Source of the DNA: an uncultured Bacteroidales bacterium
GTDB taxonomy: Bacteria > Bacteroidota > Bacteroidia > Bacteroidales > UBA932
Reading direction: 5' to 3'
NCBI GenBank assembly: GCA_944323445.1
Contig: CALUSM010000024.1
Span: forward strand, 1 to 32,000
Length of the DNA stretch: 32,000 nt
The notes beneath the pieces were generated by a model. That model saw only the letters and a list, made by a program, of their open reading frames with translations. It was not told where the DNA came from and did not search any database. The position numbers and the translations under genes were made by a program. Shown here one piece after another: positions 1 through 7,509 of the stretch (positions within the stretch are counted from its first letter, which is position 1; each line of letters starts with the position of its first letter).

Positions 1-195
1 ATCCGATTCATAACTGACAGATGCCGGAGCATCCCCTGGAACGTATGCCCGGTCAACCCGCATCGTATCTCCGTCCTGAATATAAAAATACCTGTCGATG
101 ATGACACTCGTATCCCGCTGCTCCTGTGCCGCAGAGAAGAGACAGCAGAAAGACAGGAATAAAGAACACAATATTTTGGGGACACTGCCTGACAT
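1..195 (-). CDS. Secreted protein of unknown function, N-terminal fragment (gene runs off the left window edge)
   Basis: Manual translation of the - strand from ATG at 195-193 gives MSGSVPKILCSLFLSFCCLFSAAQEQRDTSVIIDRYFYIQDGDTMRVDRAYVPGDAPASVSYESD, open to position 1. The N-terminus is hydrophobic and signal-peptide-like. It is absent from the ORF track because the window edge truncates it. No family recognised. Confidence 0.4.
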   Translation of the reverse strand, partial: MSGSVPKILCSLFLSFCCLFSAAQEQRDTSVIIDRYFYIQDGDTMRVDRAYVPGDAPASVSYESD

Positions 196-238
196 GCTGC
201 AAATATACTGTGCAATGCCGAATATACAATGATTTTTG

Positions 239-246
239 TAACTTTG
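239..246 (+). promoter_or_regulatory. Bacteroidetes-type -7 promoter box (TAACTTTG) upstream of the 275 gene
   Basis: Exact match to the TAnnTTTG -7 consensus of Bacteroidetes sigma-A promoters, 29 nt upstream of the ATG at 275. Confidence 0.45.
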
Positions 247-274
247 AGGCTGGAAATCCAAAAGCGCACAGACC

Positions 275-1846
275 ATGGACACACAGCAGAGACTCTTCCC
301 GATAGGACGGCAGGACTTCGCCGAGATAAGGACGGCGGGTAATTTCCTTTATGTAGACAAGACAGAGTACGTCTACAGGATGACTCACTCCGGTGCCAAG
401 TTCATCTTTCTCAGCCGCCCCAGGAGGTTCGGAAAGTCGCTGCTGGTATCCACCCTCCACAGTTACTTCGAGGGGCGGAGGGAACTGTTCCAGGGGCTGG
501 CCTTAGAGGCGCTTGAAAAGGACTGGACGGTGCATCCGGTACTGCACTTCGACATGAGTATCGCCAAGCATACGGACAAGGAGCAGCTGGAATTGATGCT
601 GGATGACCAACTCTCAGGATACGAAAGAATCTACGGATTGAAGTCCGAAAAGGACAAAGGTCCGAACCTGCGTTTAAAAAGGCTGATTGAGACCGCCTGC
701 ACACAGACCGGGCAGAAAGTGGTCGTGCTCATCGACGAATACGACGCACCACTGCTGGATGTGGTGCACGAGGACACTACCCTGCCGGTGCTCCGCAACG
801 TCATGCGCAACTTCTACAGCCCCCTCAAGGCCTGCGACCCGTATCTCCGCTTCGTCTTCATGACCGGCATCACCAAGTTCTCCCAGCTCAGCATCTTCAG
901 CGAGCTCAACAACCTGGAGAACATCAGCATGCTGGAGCAGTACGCAGCCGTATGCGGCATCACCGAGGAGGAGATCCTTACCCAGATGAGCCCGGACCTG
1001 GACATTCTGGCCGGAAGGCTGGGCCTGAGCCGGGAAGATACCTTCGCCAGACTGAAAGCCAAGTACGACGGCTACCACTTCACCTGGCCCTCGCCCGACA
1101 TCTACAACCCGTTCAGCCTCATCAGAGCCTTCGCCAATGCAAAGCTCGACTCCTACTGGTTCGGAAGCGGAACTCCGACATATCTCATAGAGATGATACG
1201 CAAGTTCCGCATGACACCCATCCAGCTGGGAGAGACCTGCAAGGCCGGCAAGGACGAATTTGACACTCCCACAGAGAGACTGTCCAGCATCATCCCCCTG
1301 CTCTACCAGAGCGGATACTACACCATCAAAAAGGGCATTCCCGCCATCGAATCCTATACTTTGGGCATACCCAACCAGGAGGTACGCATCGGCCTGTTCC
1401 GCTCGCTGATACCGTACTACGTGACTCCTGACACCATATCGGCTTCCTCCACCCTCATAACCATGGCGGAATGCCTCCTCGAAGATGACATGGACGGAGC
1501 GCTGAAGGCCATGCAGACCTTCCTCGGCACCGTCCCCTACACCGACAACACCGATTACGAGGGCCACTGGCAGCAGGTACTCTACATCATCTTCTCCCTC
1601 CTCGGCTACTTCGCGGACGTGGAGGTCCACACTCCGAAAGGCAGAGTGGACATGGTCATGCGCACCGCCTCTAAACTCTACTTAGTGGAGCTGAAACTTG
1701 ACGCCGGCGCGGAAGCCGCCATGCGGCAGATAGACCTGAAGCAGTATCCGGAGCGCTTCGCCCTCTGCGGCCTGCCCGTCGTCAAGGTCGCGATCGATTT
1801 CGACCGGGAGACACACAACATCTCCGGCTGGAAGATTTCAAGCTGA
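275..1846 (+). CDS. AAA-ATPase-like domain + PD-(D/E)XK nuclease-like (PDDEXK_9/DUF1703-type) protein
   Basis: 523-aa ORF. The N-terminus (FPIGRQDFAEIRTAGNFLYVDKTEYVYRM...FLSRPRRFGKSLLVSTL) is the hallmark of the Bacteroidales predicted AAA-ATPase family. The C-terminal part (GRVDMVMRT...LYLVELKLD) fits the fused PD-(D/E)XK module. Call is by recall of the family, not by search. Confidence 0.75.
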   Translation: MDTQQRLFPIGRQDFAEIRTAGNFLYVDKTEYVYRMTHSGAKFIFLSRPRRFGKSLLVSTLHSYFEGRRELFQGLALEALEKDWTVHPVLHFDMSIAKHTDKEQLELMLDDQLSGYERIYGLKSEKDKGPNLRLKRLIETACTQTGQKVVVLIDEYDAPLLDVVHEDTTLPVLRNVMRNFYSPLKACDPYLRFVFMTGITKFSQLSIFSELNNLENISMLEQYAAVCGITEEEILTQMSPDLDILAGRLGLSREDTFARLKAKYDGYHFTWPSPDIYNPFSLIRAFANAKLDSYWFGSGTPTYLIEMIRKFRMTPIQLGETCKAGKDEFDTPTERLSSIIPLLYQSGYYTIKKGIPAIESYTLGIPNQEVRIGLFRSLIPYYVTPDTISASSTLITMAECLLEDDMDGALKAMQTFLGTVPYTDNTDYEGHWQQVLYIIFSLLGYFADVEVHTPKGRVDMVMRTASKLYLVELKLDAGAEAAMRQIDLKQYPERFALCGLPVVKVAIDFDRETHNISGWKISS

Positions 1847-1890
1847 AAATTTGGATTCTCGAAAAAAATCCATACCTTTGCAGCAACAGA

Positions 1891-1942
1891 TTCCACCACG
1901 CTTCCCGTCGTAAGACCAGCGTACCAGGGTGGAACTTTTTTT
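1891..1942 (+). terminator. Intrinsic terminator-like hairpin + T7 run after the 275-1846 gene
   Basis: TTCCACC+ACGCT (1891-1902) pairs with AGCGT (1918-1922) and GGTGGAA (1928-1934) across a small bulge. CTTTTTTT follows directly (T run 1936-1942). Confidence 0.5.
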
Positions 1943-1953
1943 ATATCTGATTT

Positions 1954-2847
1954 ATGGAATACTTCAGCGAACCTTATGACAGCACCACACTGGTCGAGGG
2001 GCTTCAGCTACGGGGGCTTTCCGTAGCCGATGAGGAGGCCGCACGCAAGTTTCTGGACAATGTGAACTACTTCCGGATACATCCCTACCTGCGGGCGGTA
2101 GAAGCCGACCACAACGCCCACAGATACAGGCAGGACTGCTCGTTCGACATGGTTGCGGACCTGTACAGGTTCGACTGCCGGCTCAAGATTATCCTCTTCG
2201 AGGCCATCCAGCAGATAGAAGTGGCCCTGAGAGCCAGAATCATCAGAGTGTTCTCCCTGCTGCACGGCCCGTTCTGGTTCACTGACGAGAGCCTTTTCTC
2301 GGACAAATCAGCCTTTTTCAGGACTTTAGGCATCATAGAAGACACTGTGGACAACTCACAGGAAGACTACATAAGGGACCACTGGCTGCTGTATGAGACC
2401 ACCCCGTTTCCTCCGGCATGGAAGACCCTCGAAGTCCTCTCTTTCAGCACCATTTCATTCCTCTACCGCAACTTCACCAACAATCAGGCGAAAAAAGCCG
2501 TCGCCCGGGAATTCGGTCTGCCCCAGCACCTCTTCCTCGAGAGCTGGATCCGCTCCATAGCCGTCCTCCGCAACATCTGCGCCCACCACATCCGCCTATG
2601 GAACCGCAAGTTCAACATCAAGCCCCGCCTCCCCAGGCACCTCGACCACCCCTGGATTACCCGCCCCTGCCAGGACATCAACCGCCTCTACCCCATTCTC
2701 ACAGCCGTCGCCTACCTCACCGACCGCCTGCACCCCGCCTCCGACTTCAAGCGGGACCTCAAGGCCCTCATCGCCTCACATCCCTCGGTCAATCTTTCTG
2801 CAATGGGCTTTCCGCAGGGATGGAGGGATGAGCCTCTGTGGGAGTAA
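1954..2847 (+). CDS. Abi-like protein (Abi_2 / AbiD-AbiF family, abortive-infection-type)
   Basis: 297-aa ORF. The N-terminal region (LVEGLQLRGLSV...EEAARKFLDNVNYFRIHPYLRAV) and the central LRNICAHHIRLWNR motif are typical of Pfam Abi_2-type proteins. Assigned by recall. Confidence 0.7.
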   Translation: MEYFSEPYDSTTLVEGLQLRGLSVADEEAARKFLDNVNYFRIHPYLRAVEADHNAHRYRQDCSFDMVADLYRFDCRLKIILFEAIQQIEVALRARIIRVFSLLHGPFWFTDESLFSDKSAFFRTLGIIEDTVDNSQEDYIRDHWLLYETTPFPPAWKTLEVLSFSTISFLYRNFTNNQAKKAVAREFGLPQHLFLESWIRSIAVLRNICAHHIRLWNRKFNIKPRLPRHLDHPWITRPCQDINRLYPILTAVAYLTDRLHPASDFKRDLKALIASHPSVNLSAMGFPQGWRDEPLWE

Positions 2848-2894
2848 ACTCAGCTCCGTCAAGTGTCATAATGACAAAAAATTTATCTTTTTAT

Positions 2895-2902
2895 TATATT
2901 TG
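2895..2902 (+). promoter_or_regulatory. -7 promoter box (TATATTTG) for the adaptation module
   Basis: Exact TAnnTTTG match in the AT-rich junction, 26 nt upstream of the ATG at 2928. Confidence 0.4.
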
Positions 2903-2927
2903 ACGCCGGACTGTAAATCTTCCACCT

Positions 2928-3170
2928 ATGGATTCTTCAATGTTAAAGACTCTTTGCTCCATTGACCATCTGCTGTCATCATGGGACATCATCAAAAGCA
3001 AAAATTCCTCCGGTGGTATTGACGGTGAAAGCATCTCCGAATTTGACAAAAATCTGAAAGACAACCTGCAGGAGCTGGCCGATGAGCTCTCAACCGGGAA
3101 ATGGATACCGCACCCATATCTCAAGATAGAGATTCCAAAGAATAAAATGGATTACTCGAAGCCAGAATAA
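2928..3170 (+). pseudogene. N-terminal fragment of the RT domain of an RT-Cas1 fusion, detached by an out-of-frame internal deletion
   Basis: The 80-aa ORF has group-II-intron-like RT N-terminal sequence (SSGGIDGESISEFDKNLKDNLQELADELSTGKWIPHPYLKIEIPKNK, i.e. RT motif 0 to the start of motif 1). It then hits TAA at 3168-3170. RT sequence resumes in another frame, open from 3146. Confidence 0.75.
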
Positions 3171-3202
3171 AATCTGTAATTACAGACGCAGAAATTGTAC
3201 GG

Positions 3203-4960
3203 TTGATTATGCTCTGCGTCAAGATGGGCGTAGTCACCAAAGGGATAAAATGGGATGACGTAGAGAAGGGTGTCCCTCAAGGAGCCGTACTGTCCCCGCT
3301 GCTGGCCAACCTTTACCTGCACTCAATGGACCAGCACATCATCTCACGTACTGCTGCGTACGTCAGATATGCCGATGACTTCATAATCCTGACAGAGACA
3401 GAAGAAACAGCCAAGGCAATCTGCTCTGATACCGAAACTTATCTTAAAGAAAAATTAAAACTTCCTCTGAATGAGCCGGCGATAACTCCACTCTCTGAAG
3501 GAGTCAAGTTTCTCGGTATCACCATAAAGAAAGACTCCTTCGGCATAAGTGAAGAAAAACGGTGCGAGATACTTGAGAAGATCTCCTCACTGAACCTCAG
3601 CAGCCGCGGGCTGGACCGCAGCAGTGCAAAAAAATGGTCCGGCATCATTGCCTACTACGGCCAGCTGCTTCCGGAGCCCGAGCTTCGGATGATTGACACC
3701 GCATTTCTCTCTTTTCTACAGCAGACTGTCACGGATGACTGGGATAAGTTCCCAAGCCGGAGCGCATTGCGGAAAACCCTGGACGAGTTTCATTTTCTCA
3801 GCGCCGACTTCCGGCTAAGAGAGAAAGACATAAAAATCACCTTGCTAAAATCGTATGCATCAGCGAAGAGAGACAACACCGGTGAGAGCATACAACTGAG
3901 CAACAAAAAAATCATTCTCAAACGCAAACGTGAATACCAGCTTAAAGAGGCTCAGAATTCAGAGCTCATAATCACCAAACCCGGTGTGACAGTAGGGCTT
4001 ACACAGAAAGGCATCACCGTAAAATCCAAAGGCAAGGTCATCAGTTCTTTTCCTCCTTCCAACCTGAAACACATAATAATCCTTTCAGACGGAGTAGGCC
4101 TTTCCAGCAATCTCCTCCGGCATACTCTCAAACACAAAATACCGGTAGACTTTTTCAATTATGACGGTGTGCATCTCGGTTCTTTTCTATCCGCTTCTTC
4201 TTTTCAATGCAGGCTGTGGCAGCATCAGTCAGAGGCAGGGAATATAAAACGGAACTTTCTGGCCGGCAAGATCATAGACGGGAAACTGAGCAACCAGCTC
4301 AATCTCATTAAATACTTTCACAAATATCACAAACTGTCATTGCCGGAGCTACAGACACATCTGGACAGCCTTGAATCCATAGTAGACAGACTCAGAGCAA
4401 CTCTTAAAAACGGGTCCCCGGAAATGCCGGACTTCATACCTGCAATTACAGCTCACGAAGCCAATGCTGCCGCAAAATACTGGGAATGTGTAAGATGTCT
4501 GTTATCAAACGATGATGTGGGCTTTGAGAAAAGAGTACATCAGCACGCCACAGATTTGGTCAACTGCCTCCTCAACTACGGTTATGCCATACTCTACACC
4601 AGATGTTGGCAGGCCCTGCTTGCCGCACAGCTCAACCCCTATGACAGCGTCATCCACGCCCGTCAGCCAGGGCAGCCGACATTTGCATTCGATTTCATCG
4701 AGATATTCAGAGCACAGGCTGTGGACAGAGTAGTCATCTCCATGATTCAGAAAAACGAGCCTCTGAGCATAACTGACGGCAGACTGTCAAAAGAGAGTAA
4801 GACACTCCTCATACGTAACATCTCCGAAAGGCTGTACAAACCGGAGAAATTCCGTAAAGAGAACATGAATCTGGCAAAAATCATCAAAGTTCAGGCTTCA
4901 GAAATCGCCGGATACTTCAATGACGGCAACAAGTTCAGGCCATATAAAGCAAAATGGTAA
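3203..4960 (+). CDS. cas1: RT-remnant (motifs 4-5 onward, thumb) fused to Cas1 integrase
   Basis: The 585-aa ORF starts at TTG in the track; its frame is open from 3146. RT motif 4 GVPQGAVLSPLLANLYL and motif 5 YVRYADDFIIL (YADD at 3368-3379) are present. The Cas1 domain runs from about aa 255 (nt ~3965): ELIITKPGVTVGL..., HEANAAAKYW, NCLLNYGYAILY, AFDFIEIFRAQAVDRVV. The stop overlaps the cas2 start. Confidence 0.85.
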   Translation: MIMLCVKMGVVTKGIKWDDVEKGVPQGAVLSPLLANLYLHSMDQHIISRTAAYVRYADDFIILTETEETAKAICSDTETYLKEKLKLPLNEPAITPLSEGVKFLGITIKKDSFGISEEKRCEILEKISSLNLSSRGLDRSSAKKWSGIIAYYGQLLPEPELRMIDTAFLSFLQQTVTDDWDKFPSRSALRKTLDEFHFLSADFRLREKDIKITLLKSYASAKRDNTGESIQLSNKKIILKRKREYQLKEAQNSELIITKPGVTVGLTQKGITVKSKGKVISSFPPSNLKHIIILSDGVGLSSNLLRHTLKHKIPVDFFNYDGVHLGSFLSASSFQCRLWQHQSEAGNIKRNFLAGKIIDGKLSNQLNLIKYFHKYHKLSLPELQTHLDSLESIVDRLRATLKNGSPEMPDFIPAITAHEANAAAKYWECVRCLLSNDDVGFEKRVHQHATDLVNCLLNYGYAILYTRCWQALLAAQLNPYDSVIHARQPGQPTFAFDFIEIFRAQAVDRVVISMIQKNEPLSITDGRLSKESKTLLIRNISERLYKPEKFRKENMNLAKIIKVQASEIAGYFNDGNKFRPYKAKW

Positions 4961-5250
4961 TGAGAGCAACTAAAAAATTCATCGTTGTCGCATACGACAT
5001 AAGCAATACCAAGCGCCGCAACCGCGTGGTAAAGATACTTAGGCAGTACGGCGTCCGGGTCAATCTCAGCGTCTTTGAGTGCATGCTTTCTGAGAGTCAG
5101 TTCGAAAATCTGAAAACGTCAGTCGCTGAGACCATCAACATCTCTCATGACAAAATCATTTACTACAGCCTATGTCTGGACTGCTACGCAAAAATCACCT
5201 ATATACCGAAAAAACAGGCAAATCCTATTTCCACAACTAATGTAATATAA
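4954..5250 (+). CDS. cas2: Cas2
   Basis: 98-aa ORF directly after cas1. FIVVAYDISNTKRRNRVVKILRQYGVRVNLSVFEC is a typical Cas2 N-terminal ferredoxin fold with the conserved Asp. The alternative start ATG at 4960 forms TAATG with the cas1 stop. Confidence 0.9.
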   Translation: MVMRATKKFIVVAYDISNTKRRNRVVKILRQYGVRVNLSVFECMLSESQFENLKTSVAETINISHDKIIYYSLCLDCYAKITYIPKKQANPISTTNVI

Positions 5251-5717
5251 AAACCGGATGGACTGCTATCATCCACATAACATTTGCGAAAAACCACTTT
5301 TGACCTATCTCTTCATTATTAAGGTATTATCTCCATTGCACCGTTTTTTGACCGAGCAGATTTTTTCGAAAGTCATTTTTTCAGGCTCTTTGCGATAGAG
5401 ATTTGCGAAAAGAAGCACGACCTAAAATGGCAACACTCTGATTACCAAAGTTCTTTCAACCATACTCATACTCTTTTTTTCGCAAATCGCCTCCGGCACA
5501 AACACTGCGCCTACATTTGCGAAATATTTTAATGCTATATCTATCTGATTATTAAGCGGCACTATAGCAAAGAGCCACTTAAATCTCTTGTTTTGCAAAT
5601 AAAAATTCATTACTTTTGCGAAGAAATGTTGAGAAGCGGAGGTAAATCTGTCGTTATCAACCTATTTTGTTCTTTGATCGTTTGAACAAAGAAACAAAAA
5701 CAGTTGAGAATCACATG
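5251..5717 (+). promoter_or_regulatory. CRISPR leader (AT-rich, non-coding, repeated ATTTGCGAAA motifs)
   Basis: 467-bp AT-rich gap between cas2 and the first intact repeat. Degenerate repeats lie at the opposite end of the array. It holds two exact TAnnTTTG boxes (5512-5519, 5611-5618) and at least 4 exact copies of ATTTGCGAAA. Confidence 0.7.
5611..5618 (+). promoter_or_regulatory. Candidate pre-crRNA promoter -7 box (TACTTTTG)
   Basis: Exact TAnnTTTG match about 100 nt upstream of repeat 1. A second exact match, TACATTTG, is at 5512-5519. Confidence 0.4.
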
Positions 5718-6456
5718 GTTTACCTTTTATCCATTAGAACAAGGATTAAGACTGCCTCAGCGAGGTTTGCGGCCTTACCGGAGAGGTGTTTACCTTTTAT
5801 CCATTAGAACAAGGATTAAGACACAAACGCTGAGCCTCGAGAGAGGTTCCGGCCACGGTGAGTTTACCTTTTATCCATTAGAACAAGGATTAAGACAAGA
5901 ACTGGTCGGGCATCTCACCTCCTTTGTAAAGTTTACCTTTTATCCATTAGAACAAGGATTAAGACGTTGAAATCAAACTCCTCCAAAGTTCCCTCACAGG
6001 AGTTTACCTTTTATCCATTAGAACAAGGATTAAGACATTATACTGCCTCGTCAGAGCCGAAGCTGAAACAGTTTACCTTTTATCCATTAGAACAAGGATT
6101 AAGACAAGCTCTTGTAGAGCTTTAAAGTTTTCTTTAGCCGTTTACCTTTTATCCATTAGAACAAGGATTAAGACAAAAAATTTTTAATGGTTACACAATA
6201 ATTATTCAGTTTACCTTTTATCCATTAGAACAAGGATTAAGACTCATCACCTTGAACTCACCTCTCGTCTCAGAATTGAGTTTACCTTTTATCCATTAGA
6301 ACAAGGATTAAGACGGCTGAACCGGTGTCCTTCAAAGGTATCGGGAAAGTTTACCTTTTATCCATTAGAACAAGGATTAATACAACTCTTCGATAATCAC
6401 TGAGTTAGCCCTAATAGTATCGTTTATCTTTTATCCATTAGAACAAGAACTTTGGT
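5718..6456 (+). CRISPR. CRISPR array, 11 repeats / 10 spacers, 35-bp repeat GTTTACCTTTTATCCATTAGAACAAGGATTAAGAC
   Basis: Repeats start at 5718, 5788, 5862, 5931, 6002, 6071, 6140, 6209, 6280, 6349 and 6422. Spacer lengths are 35, 39, 34, 36, 34, 34, 34, 36, 34 and 38 bp, all unique. Repeat 10 has a G->T change (..TTAATAC). Repeat 11 has C->T at position 6 and diverges after about 26 nt. Orientation is inferred from the leader position, the terminal-repeat decay and the 3' octamer ATTAAGAC, which resembles type III 5' tags. Confidence 0.97.
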
Positions 6457-6729
6457 TAATGATTATCCGCCAATGTTCCCCAGTAGATTTTTCCGGTTGG
6501 CGACAGCGTGATTCCGCTTCTTTTTCCCAAAAGGGATACAAATTAAAATGCATTATGCGATGAGAAGTATCGCATATTACAGACACTCGGAGAAAAATGA
6601 AGAATGCTTGTCCTCAGCATGTTGTCTACTTTGAAATCATATATAAATTCGCTAAGACTGAATGACATGGACAACAACCGAGTTTTTGAAATATACAAAC
6701 GGAGACTGGCTCACAGAAGATGATGAATA

Positions 6730-6766
6730 GCCGTACTGCCAAGCAATGATGCCTGAGCAGTACGGC
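6730..6766. terminator. Bidirectional terminator-like hairpin between the array and the convergent cmr6
   Basis: Perfect 10-bp stem GCCGTACTGC (6730-6739) / GCAGTACGGC (6757-6766) with a 17-nt loop. T-rich sequence follows on the + strand. It lies 12 nt beyond the cmr6 stop on the - strand. Confidence 0.55.
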
Positions 6767-6777
6767 GCTTGATTAAT

Positions 6778-7509
6778 TTATTTATTATTAGGCTCAACTT
6801 CCTTTAGTTCCTCTAGCCGGCCATAGCCGACGTTGGTTTTGGCCCCTATACCGTATGTCGTAAGAATCTTCTTGAACCACTCTTCCTTTTTATCTCTACA
6901 CTCCTTCTCCCCTGACAGGTGGAAACGGAATTCTATGGTGCAGCCGGGCGCTATCTTTGCAAAGGTGATGGGTATGGGTTCCTTGAAAGGGTCGTCCTGT
7001 GAATGCGGCGCAAGAGCATCCATCTCAAAGATTGTTTTTCTTTCCTCATTTTTATTTTTATCTCTGACAACAGATGCATCAAAAAAGATATCCCGCTCAT
7101 AGATGGATTTGGTGCTGCCGTCCGGCTTTTTACCCTCGAAAATATCCAGAATGGCGGCATTTATATCCGGATTCTGAAGGTCATACACCTGAGGGAAATA
7201 AGAGCGTAGCACACCCTTTACGGTCGAGCCGCTTATGATGGGCGTACCGTGAGTATAATCAAAATTGATTCCAAGCTTTATCTCTCCCTCAACCCCCATC
7301 TCGTGGCTGACCCCCACACCGGTTATCAGGCCGGGATAACAGACTTTCATTTTGAAATCGGCATTGACGTACTCTACCTTCTCTACCTCGCCTATATCCT
7401 TCGGAGTCAGGCCTGTGAGCTTCCTGTTAAGTCGGGTGATATTGCCGGAAGGCTTTATACCCTCCTCGAAATAATCCTTGTAGAAGAATTTATGCAGATT
7501 CTCGCTCAT
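6778..7509 (-). CDS. cmr6: Cmr6 (type III-B RAMP subunit)
   Basis: 243 aa. Motifs: PGLITGVG, GTPIISGSTVKGVLRSYF, and the C-terminal glycine loop YGIGAKTNVGYGRL. It is the last gene of the cmr operon and overlaps cmr5 by ATGA. Confidence 0.85.
   Translation of the reverse strand: MSENLHKFFYKDYFEEGIKPSGNITRLNRKLTGLTPKDIGEVEKVEYVNADFKMKVCYPGLITGVGVSHEMGVEGEIKLGINFDYTHGTPIISGSTVKGVLRSYFPQVYDLQNPDINAAILDIFEGKKPDGSTKSIYERDIFFDASVVRDKNKNEERKTIFEMDALAPHSQDDPFKEPIPITFAKIAPGCTIEFRFHLSGEKECRDKKEEWFKKILTTYGIGAKTNVGYGRLEELKEVEPNNK

Noticed and set aside
53-460. 135-aa - strand ORF spanning the 275 gene start
   Set aside because: It overlaps the promoter and 5' end of the well-supported + strand gene, and it is in a different frame from the signal-peptide ORF (1-195) that I consider real.
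674-1630. 318-aa - strand ORF
   Set aside because: Antisense shadow ORF inside the GC-rich 275-1846 gene. Low-complexity G/A/V/E-rich composition, and no recognisable family.
2418-2831. 137-aa proline-rich + strand ORF
   Set aside because: Alternative frame inside the Abi-like gene. The Pro/Arg/His-rich composition is typical of an off-frame GC-rich translation.
2848-2927. Search for att-like direct repeats at the two island borders (2848-2927 versus 15543-15599)
   Set aside because: I could not see any shared repeat of useful length by eye, so no mobile-element boundary is claimed.
5422-5610. 62-aa - strand ORF in the CRISPR leader
   Set aside because: Short and AT-rich, with no motif. 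It lies across the repeated leader motifs, so it is most likely non-coding.
5753-5861. Partial similarity between the reverse complement of spacer 1 (..GCAAACCTCGCTGAGGCA) and the start of spacer 2 (ACAAACGCTGAGCCTCG)
   Set aside because: Only two short blocks (CAAAC, GCTGAG) match, with an indel between them. That is too weak to claim overlapping protospacers without a database hit.
5704-5970. 88-aa + strand ORF with the repeating peptide FTFYPLEQGLR
   Set aside because: It is a translation across the CRISPR repeats. The periodic peptide simply mirrors the 35-bp repeat.
6597-6723. Two tiny ATG ORFs (22 and 18 codons) downstream of the array
   Set aside because: Too short, with no recognisable sequence or promoter context. 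Treated as non-coding.
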